A stretch of 63,088 bases of DNA, counting the filler, from Parasitella parasitica NRRL 2501 (Eukaryota > Fungi > Mucoromycota), in the NCBI GenBank assembly GCA_025201805.1. It is 5 parts of 5 records of this genome, joined end to end, with 100 filler letters (N's around TTAATTAATTAA, not from the genome) between each part and the next. Parts side by side here need not be neighbours in the genome. Positions count along the whole stretch, not along the records: positions 43,798 to 61,804 come from MU619466.1; positions 61,905 to 63,088 come from MU619668.1; 3 more parts are not named here. The stretch is one strand, 5' to 3'. Positions 49,758 through 63,088 of this stretch are shown here, piece after piece. The notes below the pieces were generated by a model. It saw nothing but the letters and a program-made list of their open reading frames with translations, made no database searches and was not told the origin of the DNA. Every line of letters starts with the position of its first letter. Positions within the stretch are counted from its first letter, which is position 1. A program made the position numbers and the translations under genes.

Positions 49758-52700
49758 ATGGCTGCTAAACCCGAGTTTGGTGTATCTTCTTCAAAATTTA
49801 GCGGCAGGAGAGGCCGAGGTGGCATTGGAGCTCACTCAATGGGCTCAACCCGAGCAACCACATCCTTCAAACAATTTGGCCTGCCCAAGAATGCAGGCTC
49901 CAATGAACAATCCAACGTCGATCAGCGGTTTGAAGATGTGGCTGTATTGGATGCTCTTGATTCAAGATTTGAATTTGAACGCTACCAAGAGGGCCCTGAG
50001 AGATTGGGCTGGCTATTGAATATGCATGAGGTATGTCCTTGGAGTACTCACACATGCAATTCTGCTTGCCCTAACGCAGTACTGTAGACACTGGTCAAGG
50101 ATTCAGACTGGCCAACCGGAAGGTCCGGCGTGGATTACTACTTTATCAACGACAATGGAGAAACATTCAAAGCTACATTGCTCTTCAGTCCATATTTCTT
50201 TATCGGTTGCAAGGTAAATCGGGAGCGATTGGATGTTGGCAATATGAGCTATTTTTTGACAACTTTTCAACGATAGCCAGGAACTGAAAGCGAAGTCGAA
50301 GACTATTTGCATCGAAAATTCGAAGATGTCATTGAAAAGATGAAGCGAGTCAAGAAGGAGGATTTAAAACAAGTACGTAGTATGATTGCACAGCTTTGGA
50401 CCTACCATTGATCTTGCCGTTCATCTAGCCCAACCATTTAATTGGTAATACCCGTTCCTACATCCAACTCTACTTTAGAAATCAGTCGGATCTGTTTTCT
50501 GTCAGAAAGGTATTGCTGCTCATTGCAAAGAAAAACCAAGAAAAAATAAACACATTGGATTCATATGCAGAGGTGATCAAGTAAGTGTATAGACATGATG
50601 GACTGAAAAGAGGGAGAGCCTGCTAATTGACTGTGCAAAAACAAACAGTGCCACCAACAATATTGGATACGAAAATCAACCTCATTTCGCTGCAATGTCA
50701 ACCCGTAAATCTTCAGAGGAAAGCCTACAGAATATCACGGATATTAGGGAGTATGACGTGCCCTACTATGTTCGGGTAGCCATGGATTTAGGTAATATGG
50801 AAAATCGTGTAGAGTTGTCGAAATGCCACATATTCATGTATTTATGCATACATAGATATTCGAGTTGGTCTTTGGTACATTGCAAAAGCTTTGATGGATG
50901 GAACCGTGGAATTAACCAGAGAGACTGAACTGGTACATCGTCCTGAGCCAGTGGTGCTTGCGTTTGATATCGAAACTACAAAATTGCCACTAAAGTTTCC
51001 TGACGTAACCATTGATAGCATCATGATGATTTCTTATATGATTGATGGCAGANNNNNNNNNNNNNNNNNNNNNNNNNAAAAAAAAAAAAAAAAAAAAAGC
51101 CTGACGATGTATGGATATATTCAACCGTTGCGCTAGGGCTATCTAATTACAAATCGTGAAATTGTCAGTCAGGATATTGAAGATTTCGATTATACACCAA
51201 AGCCAGAATTCGAGGGGCCATTTACAATTTTTAACGAAGACGATGAGGAGTCGGTGCTAAGACGATTCTTTGAGCACATCCAAGAAGCAAAGCCAACTAT
51301 TTTCGTAACATATAACGGTGACTTTTTCGATTGGCCGTTTGTGGAAGGTCGAGCAAAAGCGAACGGTATCGATATGTACCAGGAGATTGGAGTGTACAAG
51401 GACGAAGAGGATGAATACAAGTGCAAACACGCCACTCATATGGATGCATTCCGTTGGGTGAAGCGTGATTCATATTTGCCACAAGGCAGTCAGGGTCTGA
51501 AGGCTGTGACAACGACGAAATTAGGCTACAATCCGATGGAGCTGGATCCTGAAGACATGACTCGATTCGCCAGTGAAAAACCGCAAGTGTTGGCTCAGTA
51601 TTCCGTTTCAGATGCTGTTGCGACGTACTACCTGTATATGAAATATGTGCATCCTTTCATTTTCTCGCTATGTAATATCATCCCTTTGGTTCCGGACGAG
51701 GTGCTGAGAAAAGGTACAGGCACATTGTGTGAATTGTTGCTAATGGTGGAGGCATACCGGGTCAATGTGATCATGCCAAACAAGCATGTGGATGAAGCAG
51801 TTCAGTTTCACGAGGGCCATTTACTAGAAAGTGAGACGTATGTCGGTGGCCATGTGGAGGCGTTAGAAGCAGGTGTTTTTAGAAGCGATATCAACAGCGA
51901 TTTCAAGATTGATCCAACCGCTGCGCAAGAGGTAATTCTATTCAAATTTCTCAGCGCACAAGGAGACTAAACATTTTGCTTGAATATCCAGTTGATTGAT
52001 CAATTAGACGAAGCACTCAAATTCACGATTCAAGTGGAAGAAAAAAAAAGCCTACAAGATATAGTCAACTATGACCAGATAAAAGCAGAGATCCAACAGA
52101 AACTAGAAGAATTGCGGGACAAGCCAATGCGACAGGAGCCGCCATTAATCTATCACTTGGATGTGGCAGCAATGTACCCGAACATCATTTTGACTAACCG
52201 ATTACAGCCGGATGCCATGGTGGATGAATCACACTGCGCAACATGCGAGTTTAACGTCAATAATAAATCATGCGACCGTAGAATGAAGTGGACGTGGCGT
52301 GGCGAATACTTTCCTGCAAAGCGAAACGAATACAGAATGATTGAAAACCAACTGACGATTGAAACGTTTCCTCCTAAATATCCAAATGGCCCGTCGCGAA
52401 ACTGGAACGCCTTGACAGAGACGGAAAAATCAACACTGATGCGATCCCGTTTGACGGATTACTGTAGAAGAGTTTACAAGAAAGTCAAGGAAACTAAACA
52501 AGTTGAGAGGGAGTCTATCATCTGTCAGAGAGAGAATCCATTTTATATTGAAACTGTGCGTGCTTTTCGTGATCGTCGTTACGAGTACAAGGGTCTTCAC
52601 AAGACTTGGAAAGGAAAACTAGACAGCGCTGTCAAGGACGGCTCTGCTACAAAGATTGCTGAGGCCAAGAACATGATTGTACTGTACGATTCTCTACAGC

Positions 52701-55700
52701 TGGCACACAAGGTTATCCTCAATTCATTCTACGGCTATGTGATGAGGAAGGGTGCTCGTTGGCACTCTCTGGAGATGGCCGGTATTGTGTGTCTGACCGG
52801 CTCAAAAATCATTCAAATGGCTCGTCAGTTGGTTGAACGCATAGGCCGTCCTTTGGAACTGGACACGGACGGTATTTGGTGTATTCTTCCAAAGAGCTTT
52901 CCAGAAAGATTTAAATTCACATTAGCTAATGGCAAGTCGTTCTCCATTGATTACCCATGTACTATGTTGAATCACTTGGTGCATGCACAATTCACAAATG
53001 ACCAATATCAACGGCTCAGTAACCCAGAAACGTTCGAGTACTCTGTCAGCAAAGAAAACAGCATTTTCTTTGAAATCGATGGTCCTTATCGTGCCATGAT
53101 TCTGCCATCGTCCACTGCAGAAGACAAACTGCTCAAGAAGCGTTATGCTGTCTACAACAAGGATGGCTCCCTCGCTGAACTGAAAGGGTTTGAAGTGAAA
53201 CGTCGTGGCGAGCTCAAGCTAATCAAGATTTTCCAGTCAGAGATCTTTGATGTCTTTTTAAAAGGAGAGACACTGGAAGAGTGTTATACTGCTGTTGCTC
53301 AGGTTGCTGATCGCTGGCTTGACATTTTATTCAGTAAAGCGATCAATCTGGAGGACGAAGAATTGTTCGAGCTGATTTCAGAAAACCGTAGCATGTCAAG
53401 AACACTCGAAGAATACGGCACCCAAAAATCAACAGCCATCAGTACTGCAAAACGTCTTGCTGAATTCTTGGGGGACCAAATGATCAAGGACAAAGGCCTA
53501 GCTTGTAAATTCATCATTTCTGCTCGTCCCTATGACATTCCTGTTTCTGAACGTGCGGTTCCTGTCGCTATTTTCCAAGCAGAGCCAAGCGTAAAGAAGC
53601 ATTTCTTGAGAAAGTGGCTGCGCGACAACACACTCGAAACATTTGATATTCGCGACATTTTGGATTGGGATTACTATGTTGAGCGTTTTGGCTCGGTCAT
53701 TCAGAAAATTATCACTATCCCTGCTGCGATGCAAAAGGTGCGAAATCCTGTTCCTCGTGTTAGACATCCAGACTGGCTGTTTAAACGTGTGGCTGCCAAG
53801 GACGACAAATTCAAGCAACACCGCATCACTGACATGTTTAGTAAATCTGACAAGCCATTGCTCGATGATATGATGGATATCGACGATATCGAGGAGCTCA
53901 ATATCTCTGGCGCTGCAGCGAATGGAGTCATTGGACTACCCAAGATAGCCAAAGTTGTTAAGCGCAAACACGGAGCTTCTGCTGTATTCGACATCAATGC
54001 ACCTCTGCCTCAAAAGGACCTCAAGGAGAATATGCCAGACTGGCATGTCGACTACCCAGCATGGCTTGAGTTTCAAAAGCGCAAGTGGAAGAGACAGCGG
54101 CTTATCCGCGAGCATAACAGAAAATTGGGCAATGATTCGCAATTCTTGAGCACTCAGACCTCTGGAACCGCAGGTTTCTTTAGGCGACAAACAGGATCTT
54201 TAGTCACTAGTGTGTGGGAGGTGCTACAGATAGTAGAGACTGATATTCCTGGTGAGTATCGCATGTGGATGATGGTCCAAGATCAAATGTTCAATATTCG
54301 CTTGACTGTGCCTCGCACATTCTACATCAACAGCAAACAGCCATCTCCTGAAATCATTCAGCAAGAGAACCCAAGTTGCAACATGACAAAATGCACACGA
54401 ACACTGCCTCGCTCTCATCCTGTCCACAACCTGTACCAGATGCTCATGCCCGAAACAACCTATCAGAACGAAATCAAAAAGTTTACAAACATCTTTAATG
54501 ATCCATCCACTGAGGGTGTCTATGAGACCCAAGTGCCACTATTAGCACGGGCTATTCTTCAGCTAGGTGCCACCTGTCAGTATGACAAGCCCATGGGAGG
54601 CCCTACAAGAAAGATGGATGACCAGTTTACCTTGCAGGATTTGATGCAACGCTCCGAAATGACCAGTCATTATATCAGTGACCCAAAGCAGTTCAATTAC
54701 ATATACCTCTTTCATGCCCATTCTGATAACCGCCATTTCTTCACTCTTGTCGGATCTACAATCCCTGTTGCGCAAGTCTTTATAGTGGGCCTGTCCAAGA
54801 GGAATCAGCAGGTGCCTAATATCGCTAGGATCTATGGGGAAAAATACCAAGCTATCTTTGGCCAAGGTAAACCAGGCAGCGATACCGTGGAGATCCTTGA
54901 AACTTGTGAATTTGAGACAAACTACGCTGCCAACGAGCGCGACGCTCTAAAAGCCATCAACAAAGCATTGTCCAAGTATCTGGACAACAAGCGTGGCAAG
55001 GCAGTCTTAGCAATTAACTCTCCACGATCTTCAAACTACTTGGCCTCTAATGCACGCATGATGAACTCGATACCCTTTGTGCGTATTCCTTCATTGCAAG
55101 AAGATAATCGTTTCGATGCCCTCAACTGGGTAGTGCCTATTGTCAATCGTATGCTAAAGCACTATATGGAATTGGGTACCTGGATTGATGAAAAGATTTC
55201 TCAAGCTCGTTATGCGAATATTCCATTCTGTAACATCCCTGATGATCCCTATTTATTCATGGCAGACATCATGTTTGCGAGAAAATTGATTAAAAACGAT
55301 ATGATCATATGGTGGTCTGCTAGCCCTATGCCTGATCTTGGTGGTCGCGAAGAGGACGAGAGCCTAGCAATGACGAGCGAGATTGTCAACAGTGAACTAA
55401 GTTTCCCCGGTGCCTATGAAACAGTGTGCGTAGAAATTGACATTGTGCGCCTTTGCCTTAATACAATCATAGAAGCCAACGTCATTAACGAACTGGAGGG
55501 TGCAACAGGCGGGTTGGGGGGATTCGATACATCCAGCTACACATTGGATGATTTCGCTAATGGCAATGTGAACAACGCAGCTGCTTTTGGAGAGAACATG
55601 ATATCTGGCAAGACGTTTGGTATGCTTCGTTCGCTCGTGCAGCAGTGGTTCCATCAGGCGATTACAGACAAGAATAGTCGATATGGAGAGCATATGATTG

Positions 55701-56932
55701 ATACGCTTCATCGCTGGCTTCTCAGTACAAACGCATTTATGTACGACCCTTCGCTGTACGGCTTGATTCACACTATGATGAAAAAAGTGTTTATGCAGCT
55801 TGTAGCTGAATTTAAACGACTAGGCGCCACCATTGTATTTGCTAATTTCCACAAGATTGTCCTCACTACAAGCAAGGAAACTATTGAAAGCGCTCTTCCC
55901 TATTTCCAATATCTGTATAGGTCTATTCAGCACAAGCAGGTCTTTGAAGTACTGGAATTGAACCCTACCATTTACTGGAATGTTCTCGTGTGGATGGACG
56001 AAAAGAACTACGCAGGCGTCATGGCGAGTGAAAATGAAGAACAAACACCAGTAGTAACAAAAAAGTGGAATATTGAAGACTATCTTCCTGAAGTCTCTCG
56101 CACTTTGTTTAGCAAGCAAACCTCTGCGTTTGTGTATAAGGTATACAGCTTTAAGCGTCAGTTCCCTCGTAGTATCGGCAGCCAGTTGAGAGAAGAGAAT
56201 GACGCCAAGCCAGACCCTCGAGTGCAAAATCTGCAACGCTACATTAAACAAGACGTGGCGCGAAAGGTGCTTCGAAAGGTTCCCATTTTGATCCGTCGTC
56301 AAGAAGAACAGCTCGCTCATGCAGATGCAGACATGGTATTTCCCCAACTGGCTGGCTCTCATCTTGCCATGGACAACCCTGCTTTAGAATACGTCAAATC
56401 AGTATGCGCCGTTCTCAATTTAGACAGCCGTGTTGAAGACGAAGTCCGTGTATTGAAAAGAAGTGCGCTCGAAGTTGTAGGAGGAATCAGTGATTTCAGC
56501 GACATTGCGCAGTTCCGCAATCCTTGCGAATACTTTAAGCTCACGGAAATCATCTGCTCTTATTGCAACTACACTACTGATTTGGACTTTTGCAGAGATA
56601 AAGAGCTGATGCCGAAGCAGGGCCATATTCAGGCATGGCGCTGCAAGGGGTGTCATTCTGAATACGATAAGCGGCTAATTGAAGATCGCATGATCACACA
56701 GATACAAACTTGGTTTACCGCAAACGATATTCAGGACTTGAGATGCAGCAGATGCCGCACTATCAAAACCGAAAATCTAATGAGGCAATGCGACAAGTGC
56801 GGTAGTGAGTATATCAAGATGTTGAGCAAAGCAGAGCTAGAACGGAAGCTGAAGGTTTTCAGGAATGTGGCTAAAGAGCAGCAGTTGACTCGTTTATCAG
56901 AATCAATCGATGTTTACATGATGGATATATAA
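49758..56932 (+). CDS. POL2: DNA polymerase epsilon catalytic subunit, multi-exon (one gap inside an intron)
   Basis: [55 protein letters not shown] and C-terminal Cys clusters. Confidence 0.98.
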
Positions 56933-57311
56933 CGCCGTTGTTGATAAAAACCAATGTTAATTTGTATATAAAATGTCTAATAAAATAAAACGTTCGGTCA
57001 ATCTTAATAACTTTGCGTACTCTCTTTATCGGCGGCTCCATATTTATTGTATATCCTTAATGCAATATTGCAACAACTGTCAAATTCATGTTCCTGATTC
57101 ATTCATGTATGGGACTGTCTGGGACGAAGCCGCTCAGTCACATCTTTTTTTTTCTTTTTTTTTTTTTTTCTTCATCATCCTACAGATACACTTTTCAGGT
57201 TGCTTTCAAGCGAGAAAGGGTAGAAAAACTGATCTCATAGAAAAGATTTATACGCATCTTCTTCGATTGAATTTCTGACCAATCCTTTGATTTTTTCTGA
57301 TTGCTGGCATA

Positions 57312-60300
57312 ATGAAGGAGCAAGTCATTGATAACACCCCAAAAAAGATGTAAGCATGAAAACGGAAAACATGAGCGCTACCCTCCTAACTGGTAACAAA
57401 TCTTAGTCGCTATATTCAATTTGGTGTCTTGTCACCACAGAATATGGTGAAGATAGCAGAATTCGAAATTACGCAGAGAGATCTTTACATGCCAGAGAGC
57501 CGCACTCCCATCAAAGGTGGTGTGTTGGACTTGAGATTGGTAACTATGCAGATTGACAGCTTGCTGCGGACACAGGAGCAACATTAGTGACCTTATCAAA
57601 TAGGGTACAACTTTGAAAGATGCAGTCTGTGAGACTTGTGGACAAAAGATGCAAGAATGTGCTGGTCATTGGGGCTATCTCAAATTAGTTTTACCAATTT
57701 TCCACATTGGTTATTTTAGACCTGTCATCAACATTTTGCAAGAGATTTGTAAGGTAAATTTTAATACGTTTGGCAAATGATTGTAGGGGCTTGGGATTTA
57801 AAGAAAGCTTCAAATAGACGTGTAGTCTTGTCATGTTGGATGAAGCAGATCGCCGTATGTACTTGAGAAGATTAAGAGCTCCAGGCTTGGATAATCTGCA
57901 GCGAAATCGAATTATCAAACAAATCAACGACAAGTGCAAAAAAGTGACATATTGTCCTCATTGTAATGCAGTCAATGGTGTCGTCAAAAAGGTTGGGCCT
58001 ATGAAGATCACGCATGATAAATACCGTTTGAAAAGAGTAGATGCTGAAGCCGAGCAATTTAGAAAAACCTTTGAAACAGCAGCTGCGTCGATGCCTGAAA
58101 TCAAGCCTCACATCAGCAAAGCACAGGACGATTTGAACCCTCTTCGAGTTTTGAGGCTCTTTCAGCGCATCTCGCCAGAGGATTGTGAACTGTTGGGATT
58201 GAGCGAGGAGCACGGTAGACCTGAATGGTATATCTGGCAGTATCTTCCTGTTCCACCTTCATGCATCCGTCCCTCAGTTCTTCAGGAGGATAACAGCAGT
58301 AACGAAGACGATTTGACAGCAAAACTTACTGAGATCATCTTTACGAACGCCATTATCCGTGCTGGTTTGGAACGAGGTGTCACTGTGATGAATTTGATGG
58401 AACAATGGGAGTTTCTGCAGTTGGCAGCAGCCATGTATATCAATAGCGAACTGCCTGGCGTTCCCAATGCTAACTCTGGTAAGCCCAGTCGTGGCCTTTG
58501 CCAGCGATTGAAGGGCAAGCAAGGTCGTTTTAGAGGCAATTTATCTGGCAAGCGTGTTGATTTCTCTGGGCGTACTGTCATTTCGCCCGACCCTAACATG
58601 CGAATTGATCAAGTCGCTGTCCCTGAACGTGTGGCCAAAGTGCTTACTTTCCCTGAGCGGGTGAATCGACACAACATCCACAAGCTGCGTCAAAATGTCA
58701 TCAATGGTCCGTTTGTGCATCCGGGCGCCAATTTTGTCCAAGGGGCGAATGGGTTCAAGAGATTCTTGAAGTTTGGCAATCGTCAAGAAATTGCTGCCGA
58801 TCTGCAAATTGGCGATCTTGTTGAGCGCCACTTATCAGATAACGATGTGGTCCTGTTTAATCGTCAACCTTCGCTCCACAGATTATCCATCATGGCACAT
58901 TTTGCCAAAGTAATGCCATGGAGAACTTTCCGTTTCAATGAATGTGTCTGTTCGCCCTACAATGCCGATTTTGATGGCGATGAAATGAATATGCATTTGC
59001 CCCAAACCCAAGAAGCCAAAGCAGAGGCTATTGAACTGATGGGCGTTAAGAACAACTTGGTAACCCCTCGTAACGGCGAACCGCTGATCGCAGCTACCCA
59101 AGATTTCATCACAGCAGCCTATTTGCTATCTCATAAGGATACGTTTTATACCCGTGGTGAGTTTACTCAAGCCTGTACTATGATGGGAGACGGCGAAATG
59201 AAAGTCGATCTCCCACCGCCTGTTATTTGGAAGCCTCAGCGTCTGTGGACTGGCAAACAAGTCTTCAATGTACTCTTTAGACCAAACAAGGACAGCAAAG
59301 TCTTACTAAATGTCGAAGCAAAGACCAAGTCGTTTGTAAAAGAGGATGGTCGTCTTCCTGACATGTGTCCTAATGACGGCTGGCTTGTTGTACAAAACAG
59401 TGAAATCATGTGTGGCCTTGTGGACAAAGCTGTTGTTGGTGACGGCAACAAGAATTCAGTGTTCTATGTTATTTTGCGTGATTATGGGCCAATTGAAGCC
59501 GCTAAATGTATGAATCGCTTGGCTAAGCTATGTGCTAGGTGGCTCGCTAATCGTGGTTTCTCTATTGGTATCAGCGATGTAACGCCTGGTGAACGGTTGA
59601 GTAAGATCAAGTTTGATCAAGTTACAACTGCATATGCCAAGTGTGATGATATTATCAAAGACTACAATAATGGCCAGCTGGAAAATATGGCAGGCTGTAA
59701 CGAAGAAGAGACTATGGAGTCCATGGTATCTGGTATATTGTCCAACGTTCGTGGAGATCTTGGTAAAGTGTGCATGGATGAATTAAACATGTACAACTCT
59801 CCCAGTATCATGGCCCGTTGTGGTTCCAAGGGTTCTCAGATTAATGTGTCGCAAATGGTTGCTTGTGTCGGTCAACAAATTATCAGTGGTAGTCGTATTC
59901 CTGACGGCTTCCAAGATCGTTCTCTACCCCACTTCTTGAAGCATTCCAAAAGCCCTCCTGCTAAGGGTTTCGTTAGAAACAGTTTCTACACTGGCCTCAG
60001 CCCTACTGAATTCTTGTTCCACGCTATTTCAGGTCGTGAAGGTCTGGTTGATACAGCTGTCAAGACTGCCGAAACTGGTTACATGGCTAGACGTTTGATG
60101 AAGGCCTTTGAGGACCTGGTCACTCACTATGATCTCTCTGTACGTAACTCTGAAGGTGCTATGCTTCAATTCTGTTATGGTGCTGATGGTTTAGATCCTA
60201 TGACTATCGAAGGTGATGGTATTCCTGTAGAATTCTCTCGTAATTTACGCCATATCAAGGAAATCACTCCTCCCAAGATAGACAGAGGTCTCTTGCCATG

Positions 60301-61800
60301 GGAAATCAATCTATTTGCTGAAAAGGAGACACAAAGAGACATTTGGAAAAAGAACTGCATGCCTACCTTCATTGAAATGGTTCTCAACTTTGTGAATGAA
60401 AAGATGGCGAACAAATTGGCAAAGATTAGAAAGGCTCACGGTTTACAACCCGGCTTGGCCATCCCTGACGAAGACTATATGGATATTGACATTGACGAGG
60501 ATGAAGACCCTGTGGTAAAAAATGTTATTCGTAATCTGTTTGTTGTTACTGAGCGTCAGCTGCGCGACTACCTTGGTGTCTGTCTCTCCAAGTACCTTAA
60601 AGCAAAGATTGAACCTGGTACTGCGGTTGGTGCTATTGGTGCGCAATCCATTGGCGAGCCTGGTACTCAAATGACCCTCAAGACTTTCCATTTTGCTGGT
60701 GTTGCTAGTATGAATATTACTCTTGGTGTGCCCCGTATCAAGGAAATCATCAATGCTGCCAAGATTATCTCTACTCCTATTATCAAGTGTGAGCTTCATT
60801 CCAACAGAGATGTGAGAGCTGCTCGCGTTGTTAAAGGTCGTATCGAGAAGACTACTCTTGGCGATGTTGCTATGTATATGGACGAGGTCTATGAACCTAA
60901 TGAGACCTATATTTTGTTGCGCATTGACTTGGAAGCCATCAACAGATTGCAGCTAGAAACTAATCTCCACCAAATTGCACATGCTATAAAGACTGCCCCA
61001 AAACTAAAGATGGGGCAACTGGTAAGTCTGGTTTTTTTTTTATCTATGAAATCAATCTGTTTATCAATCATTATCATTTAGGACGTACAAACCAGCAGAC
61101 CTGATATTATTCGTGTCTATGTCCATTCTAAACAAGATGAATCCATGTACTACAGTTTGAAGGCTCTAAAGCGTGTTTTAACGAATGTTGTTATTACTGG
61201 CTTGCCATCTGTTGTCCGTGCAGTTATCAGTGAGAAAGAAGGTGGTAAGGGTACTAAACAGTTGTTGGTTGAAGGCTATGGCTTGCTTGAGGTGATGACA
61301 ACAGATGGTATTGTTGGTAGAGAGACTACATCGAATCATATTATGGAGGTTGCCCAGGTGTTGGGTATTGAGGCAGCAAGGTAATTAAACCCGTGGATAC
61401 ACACTTGGTCGTATTTACGCAATGTCTACTAACACTGTTGTATAGAAATACCATTATCAATGAAATTCAAGTTACCATGTCGTCTCACGGTATGACCATT
61501 GATCACCGCCATGTGTTCTTACTCGGTGATATTATGACTAGTAAGGGTGAAGTGCTCGGTATTACTCGTTTCGGTATTTCGAAAATGAAAGACAGTGTTC
61601 TCAGTATTGCATCGTTTGAAAAGACAACAGATCATTTGTTTGAAGCTGCTTTATATTCTAAAAAGGATGGTATTGTGGGTGTCTCTGAGCAAATTATTAT
61701 GGGTATTCCCATGTCCATCGGTACTGGTCTCTTCAAACTGATCCAGAAATCGATGAAAAACAACATTCCATCATCTAGACCTCTATTATTCGACATTTAG
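57312..61800 (+). CDS. RPC1: RNA polymerase III largest subunit (Rpc1/Rpo31/POLR3A), multi-exon
   Basis: N-terminus [67 protein letters not shown]. No CTD heptads. Confidence 0.96.
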
Positions 61801-61904
61801 CGCANNNNNNNNNNNNNNNNNNNNNNNNNNNNNNNNNNNNNNNNNNNNTTAATTAATTAANNNNNNNNNNNNNNNNNNNNNNNNNNNNNNNNNNNNNNNN
61901 NNNN

Positions 61905-62225
61905 CTTTTGCTTTCAGATGAACATTTGTATGATCGTGCGAGCATAAATAAACATTTACTCAAAACAGATGCGATCTTTGGAATGCAATATTGCAACGAA
62001 TATTTGGTAGCAAATGTTACCACTACCAGCATAAAAAAAACCGACATGTCTCAGAAATAATATTATATCATTAAAAATGAGCTATCTCAACTTTTTTTTT
62101 ATAAACGCACATTCTGTGGCAAAATTATTTAAGTACTCACAAGCACATAAATACTCCCATGACCCTAATAATGTTCTCATTTGAGCACAATTATGTTCAC
62201 CGAGAACATTCAGGAGGCCATAGTG
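61905..62225. mobile_element. terminal fragment of the CACTATG-ended DNA transposon
   Basis: Reverse complement of 17000-17320, ending GAGGCCATAGTG. Confidence 0.6.
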
Positions 62226-63088
62226 TGTAGATAAATATTGATCAAGAGATAGAGTTTTAGTATAAATAGAGGTTATATTATCTTTTATGTCCGATTTTGT
62301 GTCTGGTTTTATTTTCAGAAAGTCTTTATCAAGTTAAAGTAACAACACATTTTTTATATACAACATTTTGCTGCCGCCACCCTTTATATTGGGAAAACAG
62401 AGATGATTTTCCATATTATTTAAAGAGAGCACATTCCAAATTATACGGAAAGATGTTCCCTTAAATAAAAATATAAATAATTGCAGCAATTATTTTCTTA
62501 TTGAAGTCAAATTCAGGAACAACTCGATCTGTGTTATTAGGACCAGAGAGTGTTTGATATGCAGCATACTCAACATAACACCTATTACTAGTAGAGATAT
62601 ATTTTTTGTTGTGTTTGCTCCACTCGATTAAAATGAACTGAACAAATATATTCAGTTGGAGTGTAAAGAAGACACTGTAAACAACCTAGAGAATACTGCA
62701 AATTACCTATTAGCTTTCGAAATATGTCATCCACAATCTTCGTCCATGCATTAACGTATGAGAAATCGAACATTTTGGCCTAAAAAACAAAGTTTTGGTT
62801 TTTCTGTTTAATCCATATTAATTTTTCAATAAAATTCTCTTTAATCTTTGCATAGTTAGATAGAACACCAACTCTTGTATCAATGTGTTGTTGTATTATG
62901 CTTGGAGACTTTGTGTTGGATTTGGCATCAAATATGCTATCAAAGTGTTTCTTTTTTTTTTTTTTTAAATTGTGTTTATTGATTGAGCCGCGTACTGTAG
63001 GATATGAGTTCCTATCGAAGAGGCGGGTGCAATTGAGATAAAATATAATGTTATAGATATAAATAATAATGATAAGAACAATAAAGAA

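Noticed and set aside
53299-60799. Many antisense ORFs over POL2 and RPC1
   Set aside because: Shadow frames of long coding exons with no recognisable motifs.
49758-61800. Inteins in POL2 or RPC1
   Set aside because: Conserved motifs are contiguous and lengths are normal; no intein-sized insertion.

Overview
Eukaryotic (fungal) genomic DNA, most consistent with a Mucorales genome, judging by short GT-AG introns, AT-rich intergenic DNA and the TE families present; the genus cannot be fixed from sequence alone. It is a draft scaffold with N-gaps and artificial TTAATTAATTAA linkers. Two blocks of intact housekeeping genes (SET9-like, SEC10, CAS1-like at 4.7-14.4 kb; an oxysterol-binding protein gene, PUF6, POL2 and RPC1 at 45.2-61.8 kb) flank a ~30 kb island of nested, mostly decayed mobile elements. 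The main result is a 7,117-bp composite, cargo-carrying Tc1/IS630 (DD34E) transposon at 35148-42264, inside one gap-free contig. It has a TA duplication at both ends and matching TIRs. It splits a Ty3/gypsy integrase whose frame (ECNK-Y-NIAREGYH) is restored exactly when the element is removed. Besides its own decayed transposase and a damaged internal right end, it carries ~5.3 kb of passenger DNA: an intron-containing fructose-1,6-bisphosphatase fragment, a C2H2 zinc finger plus probable restriction-endonuclease-fold gene, a second such gene fragment and two 10-bp minisatellites. This resembles Pack-type gene capture by a Tc1 element. All family assignments come from motif recognition by eye; no searches were run.
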